This document shows positions 1 to 20,400 of a DNA stretch of 64,000 nt, piece by piece. Every line of letters starts with the position of its first letter. Positions within the stretch are counted from its first letter, which is position 1. The notes under the pieces were generated by a model that was not told the origin of the DNA, made no database searches, and worked only from the letters and a program-made list of their open reading frames with translations. The translations under genes were made by a program, and so were the position numbers. Source of the stretch: Bugula neritina (Eukaryota; Animalia; Bryozoa); NCBI GenBank assembly GCA_964035545.1, contig OZ037765.1:4784698-4848697 (forward strand). Direction: 5' to 3'.

Positions 1-864
1 TAGCAGCAGTATTAGTACATTTCTCACATCTCCAAGTAATCGAAAATCTGCTGATTACAATACTAACAATCAATTAATTCCATGCATGTTATATAGAGTA
101 GTTGCATGTTTTCAATTCTAGGAGCATTCTCAGAGATGGACACGAGTCTCACTGAAGCGAATCTGTCTACTTGTTACCAAATTTGTTATTGCTGCTTAGC
201 TGATAATTTTTCTAATTGAAATGGATTTTGCAATAATGTAGTGGCCATGAGAAGTATTGTTATAATTTGCACAATTACTATGCGTGGATTCTGCTTGCGT
301 ATTCAGTATTTATTCACAACTAGCAATTACTAGAGTAGTAGCCGTATAATAATCTTTATTATTCACAATAAACACAATATAAAACATTACACTAATTTAC
401 AATACCACAGTAGCCATTTAATACGTGTGTTCACTCTGAGTCCTCGCTCACAACAACGTGATAACTGCTAGCTAAAGCGGAAACTGTCACTTGATCGGAA
501 GATGGACTTCCGGCCCTTCTCATTGGATGATAATATAATGAGGCCTTTCGTATTCCCCCAAGGAAGAGGAGATTATTCATATTATTATACTACGTAACCC
601 ATTACAGTATACCCTCCCCCCCCCCCCCCAGTACCTCATGTCTAAATATTCACAAGAACAGCTACAATGTATTATGAAGTATTAGGCAGAGAGACCACAA
701 CCTCGTGAGCGATGCCGCAGTCCTACATACGGTGACACTGCCGTAACCTTCTACCACCCAGTCAACAATAACCTGCTGAATATAATATAAACAGCACTTT
801 TTGGCGCCCAGCCTAAGTATGAGAACTATTGAATAGACTAAGATACTGTTGTATAACTGTTTTA

Positions 865-2636
865 CAGTGCTGTGAAAAAGTTTAAGGACGCCTTCCTGTT
901 TTCCATAATAGCAATGTTCCAAGCTAATTTTAAGACATAACTAATGCATTTCCATAGGCATGGTGCCTATCAAAATGATCCTTAAGATCTCCTTATCTCA
1001 TTCATATAAATTATAGGTGTCTCTTTTTACATCCTCCAAAAACTTGGGTGAAACAATGAGATACTATGCATATATGGGAACTATTCAACGTTCTCACAAT
1101 TTGTGTGTACTGTAGGACATCAGAATATTTTACTTGAAACATAGAAAAATATTATATGTGAATTGTTATACACATTATAGCAGCATTGCAACACACAGTG
1201 CTTTAAATTTTAGTATCAATATTTTGTTGGCTAGCCTTTATTCTCAATCACAAGTCGGCAGCGACGAGGCAGCGACTCGTACAGCTTCTCCAACTCGTTT
1301 TCAGTCACCACATAATGCCATGCATGAATTACAGGCTCTATGAGTGTCACCTTAGTTGTTGGTTTCTGTGAAGAGACTATTTTAGCCATTTTTGACCATG
1401 AATTTCTTATTGGGTTCGAGTCCCGACTGTGTGCTGGCCAGTTAAGCGTTGAGACCCTCTGTTTTTTCAACCACTCTTTAGCAGATTTTGCCCAATGGCA
1501 TGGTGCATTGTCATTTTCAAATATGTTAATTTCATTTAAAAAGAAGTTTTTTATGATTGGAAGATGTTTAGCATTAAGATTCTCCATATATGTTTGAGCA
1601 TTAACATCATTCCAGAGCAATTACTGAGTCGAGCTACACTTTTTCATGTTATACAACCCCAGAACATAACACTGATAGGGTGCTTAATTGTTCGAAGAAG
1701 ACATTAGGGGTTATATTTCTCATACTGGTATCTTCTAACGCAACAGTTTCCAGCATGATTGTTCACATTAAATATGGATTAATCTGAAAAAAATACTTTT
1801 TTTCTAATCATTCACTGTCTAATTACCAGGCTCCCTGGCCCACCGTAACCGGCTTTTTTGCTGCTTCTCAATTGGTTGAGACTTCCTTTTGCTTTGCGGC
1901 CATGTAAACCATGGCTCAGCAATCTTGCCTTATCAGGGATGTCGAAGCTGGTGTTCCTGTTGATTCTGACTATTCCTTGCCTACTCAAGACTTGTTTTAT
2001 GGCAATCTTTCTTGCTGATCCCAATGAGAACCTTGTCATCTCTAGGTGTGCTTATTTTTGGTCGGTAATTTTCAGGTCCATCTGCTACACTACCAGTGTC
2101 CATAAACTTCTTGATAATTTGATGTACAGTTGTCTTTACTTTGCCAACCTTTTCAGATATTTTTCTAATTGAATAACCTTTTTTGTGCAAGAAAATTATT
2201 ACAAACTTTGCCTCTGAAGAAAGATTTACAGCTCTCATTTAGTCTATGCGCAGCGCCAAAGTGGACACCATGTAAAAGCTCACAACTAAATGAAATATTT
2301 CAAATTATAAAAGAAAGTCATACTTTATGTTATCATGATGCCATGAACAAAGTCAAATTTCACTATTTAGCCTTTTGTGGTTCTAAAAGTCAATAAACTT
2401 TGGTTACATAAAAATACAGGAGTTGCGCTTCCCTAGCTGCTTGTGCAGTTGGCCCAAAAATGGGTACAAAACATCACAACAGCAAGAATTTAGAAGATGG
2501 AAATTGTAGAGCACATTCTAAGGGTCATTTTGATATATAGAACTTGCAGGAAAATATTAAGAACTTACAAGAAATGCCTATTAAACAAGATACATAGAAA
2601 TTTCTGCAAGCGTCCTTAAACTTTTTCACATCACTG
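865..2636 (-). mobile_element. Full-length, inactive Tc1/mariner (DD34E Tc1-type) DNA transposon
   Basis: 27-bp TIRs CAGTGCTGTGAAAAAGTTTAAGGACGC (865-891) and inverse (2610-2636, 1 mismatch). TA target duplication at 863-864 and 2637-2638. Length 1772 bp. Confidence 0.95.
1231..2238 (-). pseudogene. Disrupted Tc1 transposase
   Basis: HTH region (GYSIRKISEKVGKVKTTVHQIIKKF..TGSV). First catalytic motif FSD followed by a stop (~1780). DNAPCH...WPAHSRDSNPIRN has 34 residues between the D and the expected E, which is now R. Split over several frames. Confidence 0.92.
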
Positions 2637-2891
2637 TATGTGTATCTGTTCTTTCTTGATTATTGATGACTTTATTTGTGTATAATTGGACTTCAATACA
2701 GTTCTATTATAAACGTCCACTATCTTGGTTTCTCTCGCAACCTCATAGTAGAGCATGCAGCGATAACTCGCAGTACGATAATACCCAAATTGTGTAGTGC
2801 ACAAAACTACAACAATAATTAACTTGCAACGCAATATTTCATCAATTGTATACACGGCATATCTTGGAGTTGTCCTCTTTATTTTGCTGTA

Positions 2892-2942
2892 ATTACCATA
2901 GTAACAATGTCACATGACCAAGCTTATGAGAACGCAGCCAAT
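2892..2942 (+). promoter_or_regulatory. Putative PPP1R42 promoter: RFX X-box-like site, E-box, CCAAT
   Basis: ATTACCATAGTAAC (2892-2905), GTCACATGAC (2909-2918) and CCAAT (~2938-2942) clustered ~500 bp upstream of the ATG. Motif match only. Confidence 0.45.
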
Positions 2943-3434
2943 AAATGTTATTGAGAAGGCATGATTTCCGTCAACTTTCTTTTTTACTTCTAGCAATTTG
3001 TTTACAAAATAAATATTTAACTTGGCTAAATTTTAGCAAGAAATGGTCCAACACTTTGGATATTCAGAAAAATAACGCTGGTTTTAGTTTATATTTATTC
3101 GTGAAATTGCACATTTGGAACTCTAGTCACAGGCTCTCATTGCTAGGAAAGTATTATTAAATCAAAGTGAACATTGTAATGATATCGCTAATCATGGAGG
3201 GTCTTCAAATTGTTCTAAATTCATCGTTGATATCGTGATCGTTGAATTAGCTGTATTCACCAATAAGTGCTTACACTAAACTGTTTGGCACGTTATTTAA
3301 ATTTGCTTAATCTACAACAATAAACCATCTTTTGAACTACTACTAGTCCGTAGACGTACTTATTTGAATTTCTAAAACTTATCCCCACAACTATTCACTG
3401 CAATTCTAACTAAATCAAGTAATATTGATTTGCA

Positions 3435-10709
<7,275 letters not shown>

Positions 10710-11404
10710 AGATCTCTCAGTGAATAGTGCAATGAATAAGCAGCCATTCCTTTTCCTGTGGATACTAAATCCTCCATTATCATTTGAATTCATTTACAGT
10801 AGTTACACTGATAGCCCAGCACTGGCACAACTACAACAGGCAGTGTGGCAACTTTTGTTTTTTTATGCATTTAGATTTTTGTTTGCTCAACTTTATAGGT
10901 TATAATATATTTCAAGTTTTCTGTGCCAACAGGCAAATATTAAGAGTTGTCTCTCCCATTATATATAACTTGTTTTTAGCTTGTTGCCCTATCAGCATAT
11001 TTGCCTGCTTGACATAGTGCATCCCATGAACACATATTCATTATATTTACTAGAAGACCATGAATTATATTATTAATATAGTCATGATATTTATTGTTTG
11101 ATGTCCCGTCTCCTACTTTCAATACATTCTATTCTATAGCAAAATACTACTTTATATTACCAGTAAATGCTACATCTAATTTTTTTTAACTTTTTATGAA
11201 TTTAGTTAGTAGTAGCTAAAGTTTCAAGACAATAATTTGATAACTAAATTTAAAAATAGAAGAGTGTATAAATAGATAAAAGTGAAAGCTAAAATCAGTG
11301 CAGACAAAAAACTACATGTAATATGAAAAATACAAGTCCAGTGTGATACGCGCCATTCTGAGCCAACACGTGTGTGTGCAGCTCTGATGCATTGCAGTGG
11401 TCAG

Positions 11405-14400
11405 TTACATTCTGAACTCGAGTAGAGTGTTGTAACTAGCCGAGTTGGGCCCGTAGTTGGCTGTCAGTGCTGCCGTATCTTCTTGACCCCAACCGGCCTG
11501 GAAGAATGCTGCTCCTTCCCAGACACCCTCCTGGTTACACTCCAGGTGAGTCCACTCTGTGCCCACCACTACAGCCACTCGGGACGCGTTTGGCACGCAT
11601 ACCTGCAACAGACAACACTCAGCTTGCTAGATTCTATATGAACTTCAGTTACTTTCTGTATAAAATCATTTTAACTTTCTTTTTAACTAAAACGGGTTGA
11701 TCAGATATTAGCTAAAAATCTACTAAATGTTGCGTTATGCAGGGATGAAAGTTACAATTTAGACCCAAGACATAAGAACTAGTGAAACATCATGTGCATC
11801 GGGCTTACATATAAAACCTAATCTTTAAGTAATGTTTCCTACACAACACAGGACTGAAAACGTTTGAACTCCTCCCCCTAGCAATGTATGCAGGAGAGAG
11901 GAAGTGAATACAGGGTGAAGGGGGTGTATACAGGTGGAGGAGCTTACCTGGAAGAAGATGTAGTCAGGGCGGGGGTCATGTGACGGCTGGGAGGCAGCGA
12001 GGTCACCATCTACTGGAGTCAGCAGGTAGCAGCCCTCCTTCCACTGAGAGAACTGCTTGGGGAAGGGCAGCGGGGGAACTGGCACATTGGAGCAGTTGAT
12101 AAGGTAGTTGTATACTCCTGGGAGAGAGTCACTCGTGTCGTCTATAGGCTGTGCGAATATCTGTAACATGACATTACGTAACAATATTCTGTGTGCATGT
12201 GTAGGTATTTTTATATTAGAGTACGGAGAGCATACAGCCCGCCCTCTATCTACTACTAAACAGTTGAAGTAACTCGACTATATGGTATGATGGTAATATT
12301 CACATAATAGTGACTCTAACATGACAATTAGACAATGCTACACTCCAGTTAGTTTACAGTCAATAGTTACCAAACAGTTGGTTAAAGAAAATCTCACAGT
12401 AAGGGCTCATGACTTTACAGCCTAAACTGAGGTGAATGAGCACAGGCTAGGTAAAGCTAACTTAACCATGATACCCACCTGGAACTTGTAGATTCCAGCT
12501 CGAGGAAGGCGAATCTGAAAGATGAGAGTGTTGTCTCTAAACTGCTGCAGAATATACTCGGTGAGATCCTGTCCGCCGGCCGTTAGGATGAGATTGGAGG
12601 TGGCACGCAGTGGGATAGAGGTAGAGAAACTAACCTGCAGAAGTAGAGTTTAGGGCTATGACACACTAGAGTATATATGAAGCTAAGACACACTAAAGTA
12701 TATAACAATACACATATATTATGTATTTTGACTAGCAGAGCCTGTACACACCTCAATAGCGCCTTCTGTGCAGTGAATGAGAGGGTCTTTGTTGCTGATT
12801 GTATTCATACCCAGACGAGTGTAAGCTTGCTGTGGGCCGAGATAAGCTGGTGGGAGTTGCGGGAACCTGATTCCACTAACCTGTAGCACAGGCAAAGTAT
12901 CTACGTGTAGGCTCCATGTTTTGAAGAATATTTACTAAACAGTTGGCAAAACAAACATACAATATTGCTTCCTAGAAAATGTGGTGCCTCAACGTAATAA
13001 ACTGTTGTAACGCATGATGTTGATGCCAAAAATATATTTGGAAACCTGTTGGCGCAACTTTCTCTTAACCAAAGCAAATGTTAACATAGTATTTCCTTAA
13101 CATCAATATATAATGCTAGAAAAATGTCTTGCAAACAATTTTTACTCCAGATTTGATGCCGTGTGATATTACAGTGGAATAGAAATCATATAAGCATGAC
13201 AGCACGACTAAAATTCGAAGGTCACATGATCAGAAGATGGGGGAAGCCTCGCACTCGGTTCATTGTCAAAGGCAGGACAAATCTGAAACTAGCCGATTGA
13301 ACTCACATTTGATAGGGAGGGCAGATAATTACTTTTATTATAAAAAACAATTTCTAAAGCAAAGTATGAGTGGTTTAACAGCTGGCATTATTTTGCAGCT
13401 AAAATATAGAGGAGCACATAATGGCTACAGTAGAAGTGTAGCTCTACCAGTATTATTTACTAATAGATTTATCAAGTGTGAGAAGAAGCGGAGCTATTAG
13501 GAAATCAAAACACCTACACAAACCTACACAAACCTACACAAACCTACACAACACGAAATATTATAAGACTTATATTTACCAGTTCCTGTGGGATACAACA
13601 GAAATATGATTAGAAAAATCACTCAATGTTAGCGACAAGAGCAAAGCTAATCACAGTCTTAGTTATTACAAAACGTGTTGACAGAATCACAAGGCTTGTT
13701 ATTTACATGCAAGAAATATTTCTCAGCTAGTGAATCATCACACACAGATAGAGGAGGTGTCTTGAGCACTTCCTCTATAAACTTTCTTATTAGTTAGGAA
13801 CTTAAGCTACCAATCGCACTTTATATCAGCCTGCACTCTACACACATTTGTTATACACTTCACATTGAAAAGGGATCCAGAACATTTCCTAGGCTCTAAT
13901 ATTTACAACCAGCATCTTTCTATAGTAGACACTGTTTAGCTTAAGCTCCACAATCTGTACACTAAATCACAACTATCTGTAGCCTGAGGAACCTACCTGT
14001 GGCTCATCGCATATTAGCAGATACTGGCACATGTGCCTGAGGCTCTTGCCATCTACAGTCGGGTCGTTGACAAACACCTCCAACCCGTATTCCCCAGGAG
14101 CAGGAACTGAGACCGAGAAGATGGCCGTCTCGCCGACCGTCCTGTAGAGAATACAACTCTTCAGCTCGTCCTCAGAGTAGACGTTACTCCTCAGCTTCCC
14201 AGAGAACAGCAGCTGTCTGTGTAACTTGAACCTCACCTGCACACACCCCACAGCACTGATAGTCAACTGACAGGAAATTTAAAGCTTGTTTCACATATCA
14301 AATAAGGAAAGTGTTGAACAATCAAACAGCTAAAATATTGTTGAATAGTCAAGGAGGAGGTTTTGGTTGTCAAAATGAAAATATAACTCATGTTGACCAC

Positions 14401-17400
14401 CAGCAAGATATGCAAATTTTTGTCTCACTAGAATAATGTTTAGCATAGGTAGTACAAGTTTACCTTCATTTAGGAGCAGTAGTGGAGAAATTAAGATAGC
14501 CTAAGCTCTATAATTTTCTTATTAAATTTTGGTTTGGGACAAAAGTCAAAATTCTCATGAGAACATAACTTCTTCTGCTACATTTCTAATCTAGAACACG
14601 GGCTTTCCTCAATGTCTCTATTACTGCACCTACCTTAAGTGTAGACAATTCATTTTTGTTTAATTTAGTTGCTAAAGCTTGCACTTTCCAACCACTGTAA
14701 AAGCTACAACTTCAATAATAAAGCACAGATAGTCTGACTTCTGCTTTACTGATACTAGCAGCAAACACTGGCTAAGATTTGTTTTTATTTCTACTATTGA
14801 ACCACTGAGTTTGTTACACTTTAGAAGAAGTATTGGGAGAGCAGAGGCCAGCCTACCTCACTCTGTCCATTCTTTGTGTAGAGAACACCAGAAGTGAACT
14901 TAGTAGACAGTCCATTCTTCTTGGCTGTAGCGGGGCTGATACCCCACGAGGTGCCGGAACAGGGTGGGTATGGTACGATATGTGGTGGGACACCCCCCAC
15001 CTCCAGCTGCAATATAAAGTAGATATAAACTATTAAAGAAAAACTCTCAAGGCTGTTGATGATATCAAAAATGGCAACCGATCGCCATATTTGTATTTAT
15101 AAACTATATATTCACGACCATTATATGTCATAGTTTCACACTGACGTAACACTGAGGTTAGACGCACCCTGTACTCTACGACAGCGCAGTACATCCTATT
15201 TTGCGTCTCCCCGACTTGCACCTCCTTAGCGTAGATAGCCAACTTGTAGACACCAACTGCCGGAGGACGAATTCTGAAGTTCACTTTACCGTCGCTGGTT
15301 GTGCCCTGCACGCCGAACCTGCTGAGAAGTACTCCTGATACGGCCTCTTCGCCTTCGTCAGTGTGCAGACTAAAGGTGAACTCTAGCCCAGGTCCTCTGT
15401 AGTACTGGTAGTTCACCTACAGTATATAATATACACCTATGTAGGTCACCTACAGTATATAATATACACCTGTGTAGGTCACCTACAGTATATAGCATAT
15501 ATACCTGTGTAGTTCCCCTACAGTATATAGCATATATACCTACTCACCATAACCTGGAACTCGTCGTCCACGACTATCGTCGAGTAGGTGTGACTCTCCA
15601 GCTGCAGACAATATCTGAAAAAGAGGCTCTTGACGAGCGGCAGGTCCTCAAACTCGTCCAACTCGTAGGGCTGTTCAAGCAGCTGCCACTGCTTGTCCTC
15701 GGGGAAGTGAGTGTATATCAGCTGCCGGGGGTCGACACAGAAGTAGTAGTCATCCAGCTCATACCTACAGGAAGTGATGTCATCCGTGATATGAGTCATA
15801 CAGACTTACAGGAGATTAACCAACATTTTATAACCTTTACCTTACATGCAGCAATTTGAATTTAATAAAATAGTTCTAACCACCGGGGTAAATACTATCA
15901 CATAGTCACTACTACTACATGATAGTTTATCTTATAGGTGAAGGTTGTGAATGTAGAGACAACTCTTACTTACCTGATGTGTTCTGTTCCCTTCTTGCCG
16001 AACATTCTACGTGAGGCCCAGTGGCAGTCAATGAGTCTCCAGTGCCCATGAATCAGTACAGCGTTCCAGGCGTGGAAGGCCTGAGTGCCTCTAAACCTCA
16101 TTCCTATAGCGTACAATGGATATACAGCACAATATACTTTACTATAGAGAAAGTACATTATGAAGTAAATACACTGTAGATCATGTATGTTATAAAGTAG
16201 GTCAATTATAGACCGTGTACATCATGAGGTAAGTACATTATGAAGTAGATGCATAAGGTTATTCAGAGTATTATTATTAAAGAGTAAGTATATATAAAAA
16301 GTAAGTATACATAGAGCAAATATATAAAAAGCAAGTGTATATTATAAAGGGTAAGTACAAGGAGAAAGTAGTAAGTACCAGGCTTGTAGTCTGCCCCCTT
16401 GGCGTACCCCCGGATCACCCTACAGTGGAGGCCAGCGTAGCTACACAGAGTCTCGTATATCTGAGCATAGCTGGCCTTCCCTTGCTTCACGTTCAGCAGA
16501 ATCTCCTCGGGGCTTCCTGGCATCACATTACGGAACTGCATGCTTCCCAAGTCCTTCGTACACAGCCACAGGAAGATAACTCTAGAATACACATCATATT
16601 ATTATACATCCTTCTTACCTCCACCTAGACCCTGACTACATCAGCACACATCTCCTTTCTATACCAGTAAACACTACTTTTACAAGGCTGTGTAATGCTT
16701 TACGAATCCTCATAAGCTTAGACTTGGGCTAGTACATCAGCAAACACTTTCTCGTAATACTTTACATAAGCCAGCTAAGTGTTTAATTGTCTCAAAAGGT
16801 ACATAACTCAGGATTTAGAAATATTAATCGACATTTATATATATTAGCAAAGAAAACTGCCCCTCGAGTAGAACATCTGAAAGGATTAGCAGGGAAATGT
16901 GTCTACACTTTCTACCTGGCCTTCTCCAGGTCGTCTGTGATGTTCTTGTCGTAGATAAGATCCCAGATGAGGTCTCTGAAGGAGTTGTGCTCCGTCTTAG
17001 CTACCTGCACCGCGTGGGTGTCGACAGTCTTGAACTGCTGGGCTCTCTCGGCACTGAACACCAGGTTCTCCTCCAGCTGAGGGGGCACTGGTTTGGGCAC
17101 ATTAGACAGCTGTGTATCCACCTCCTGTATGCATTACACCACTGTGTGACACTGTCTGTTACATGCAGAGTTAAGTCGCGGATAAATCATAATTAATTTT
17201 GAATTATCTTGTAAAGATTTTATGACTTTTCAACAGTTTCAGATTTGTTATATAATCTTTACAAAAATAGTCACTTCCCACAGGGATAGTGACTATAAAG
17301 TTGTGAGGTTTTTCTTATAAAGATTATATAATAAATCTGAAACTGTATAAAAATTATAACACTACTGCTTTAAAAATGTAAGCATTTTTATTAAAATACA

Positions 17401-20400
17401 ACATTTTGCTTTGGGCACACTCGCCAACAAACTGTAAGCAATGAAGTACGTCCATATTAAATTACAATAATATAATATATATAAACAGTAGTAATAATGA
17501 GTATATAAACAGTGTTGGAGTAGTTGCGAGGTAAGCACTCAGTATGATAGGAATTGTATAGAGGTAACACTTCACTAACAAACAGCTTGAGAATGCAAGG
17601 AAGTAATATAACGGAATACAAGGTTAGCACGCACAACACTGGGGTGTATGATTGATGATGCGAATTTGATAGAATCACACTGAGGTTAGCGTGAAGAGAA
17701 ATTGTTTTCCTAATTAAATGAAATCGCAAGTTGTACTGTGATTGGAATCGTTCAGGGTGTGTAGTCAGGTATGATTAGCCGCAGTGTAACGTAGAAAGGG
17801 ATGTGAAGGTTTCTGTTACAAGGAGTGGGAGCTAGCTGAATGCCATCTGAATGCAGATGGCAGATGTAGGCAGGTGTCTGCCACAAGATGTCACAGCCTG
17901 CTGCTGATTGAATGCTGATGGCAAGAGAGAAAAGCTGCCTAAATGTAGGGTGGCAAGTGCTGATTGATAGACAGTGTAGCTATTGTAAAGCCAATGGGAA
18001 AAGACTGAGTAGAACACTAAAATTTCAAGAGCTGCGTTGTCATCAGAGAATGTATGGTGTAAGTGGAGTGTCAGTGAGTTGTCAGTGATGTGTCAGTGAG
18101 GTGTGAATAAGATGTCAGTGATGTGCCAGCAAGGTGTCAGTGAGTTGAAAGAAAGGAGTAAAATGTTGAAATAGCTGAAACATGCAGTGGCAGCACTTGA
18201 CCAACAGTGTCAATGCAAGTCTCTCTCAATCAGACAATCACTGGCAGGTGACAGGAAACAAACTAAGAGGAGAAACTGGCGTTCAATCAACAATAAGTAT
18301 GTACATACCCGACTGTTCTCTAGGTGCTGAAATTAAGTGCCGGTACAATATAACACAATAAATATGCCATTGCAAAATATCTTCCAGCACTCTGTTAAAT
18401 TTCTTAGTGTCAAATTGAAGATAATTTAGAAAAGGTAAAACTCTTCACACGTTTAATAAGCTGCATACTTACAGCAATGTGGATTGGCTCAAACGACGTG
18501 GGAGCTATAGGCACTTCAGAACGGTTACGCTCAGGTGCAAACTCCATATTCAACATGTCGCTAGCAGGAGGTGGGGCTGGGAAGTCTTCGTCACTCTAGC
18601 AACAGAAATATACAACATCTACTCAGACTTAACAATCTATGACAAATATATAATAAATGATACTTACAGTAAAAACAAACAGGAACTGTTGCTAATTGTT
18701 TCTGGTAAAAGAAGTTGCAGTTCTCAACAATGCTTTGACCAATCATTAGCCCAGAGACTATCTATATTGGTGACTGCTGCCACCTTCAAACTAACTCAGT
18801 CAAACAAACTCACCTGACCTACACTTATGACATGACTTTGTTGTATATTTTATAACATCGTTATCTCAGTGAAAGAGAGCAATAAATTTCTTGGAATTTA
18901 TTGACTGAGAAGTTTATAGGTAGCTATTAAATAACAATAGCATTATCTATGGAGTGCCAAATGGTCAAAAATTGCTTATTATTGCATCTCATATGCTTAT
19001 AATAAAGTATCTAACCATTATTCTCTCTCATATGCTCACAAAACACTCTCACAGGTCTATAATTTGCTGTCATACCCTTATTATTTGTGCTCTTAGGTCT
19101 ATTATTTGGTCTCACACTGTCATTATTCATTCCCATACCCTTATTTCTCTTCCTTTTATGCTCATTATTCAGTCCCATACCTCCATTATGTACTCTCATA
19201 CCCCTATTATTTGCTCTGTTATAGACATTATTCATTCTCTTATGCTTATTATTCTCTCTCATACCCCTATTACTGTCTTGCTTTTGCGCCTGATTCTGAC
19301 TCACTAGTATTTGTGTACACGTCACAATAGTTGAGTATATGCCAGTCTATTCGGGTCACACTACTAAGCTCCACCCCATTTATCAAATCTGATTGGATAA
19401 CTGCGATGACACCAAGAGTAATAATAAATGCTGGGTGGGTGCCTAGGTTTATTTAGCCATTCTTCATTCATAAGTATCAGTCTAGGAGTGAACAACTTAT
19501 ACCAGCTAGATTTTTATCTCAATATTAACTGTTAAGCTAAATTACCCCCTGCAAATTCACAGAATTCCTTGCGAGTTCCTATAACTATTCAAGCAGAATA
19601 GTGTTTGCTTTAAACTTCCAGTTTGAGATAAAGTTGCTCAAATTTTTATAAGTGGTGTTCAAAATGCGGCTTAGCAGTTTACAGATAATTGTAGGTAAAA
19701 AATCTCATTATATAAATAGCTGACAAGCTAAATATTTGCTTTTTAATTCAATGCCAAAATACAAAAATTAGCAGTTGGTTATTTTCATTGACTGCAATTG
19801 CAACAAACCATTATTAAATTATGAGCTGCCGGTCAATTTTATCAGGTTTCGTAAGTGTAACTGCCCGCCTAGATTGACATGAAGTTTCATACAGATGTAT
19901 TTTTTAGTGTAGTTTATTTTCTACCAAAGTTGTTCACACCATTTACACCGTGAAGCTCTTTTACCCTTTCTAGGAGTAATATAAGTAAGAAATGTTTTAC
20001 ACCATGCGGTTGTGAGAATAGCTAACATAGGAAAGTAATTGTGAATATCTGAATAGAACCCTGCAGCCTGAGGGTTCTTACTGTTGTGTCCTGGTTAAGT
20101 GTCTATATCTGTTTTACTCATTATGTGAAAAGTTAAGGGATTTATTTTCTTAGTCATCATTTTGAGTGCAATATTGGAATGTGCTTGATTGTAAAGCAGT
20201 CAGCTAGTTGTTATAATGAGTGCAGTCAGTGCAGAATAAAACATTTTACTCTTTCACATACCACACACAATCCACCTTTGTTACACTTACTAAAATAGTC
20301 ATGAGGATAAAAAACACTAACATTTTAATGTGAAAAGTGACAAAACAAGTGCTACATGTACAAGAAAAATTGGTGACTCATAGCTGTTGAAATATGCGAC

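Noticed and set aside
801-812. TGGCGCCCA as a tRNA-Lys primer-binding site
   Set aside because: Only a 9-nt match and on the opposite strand to the possible LTR remnant.
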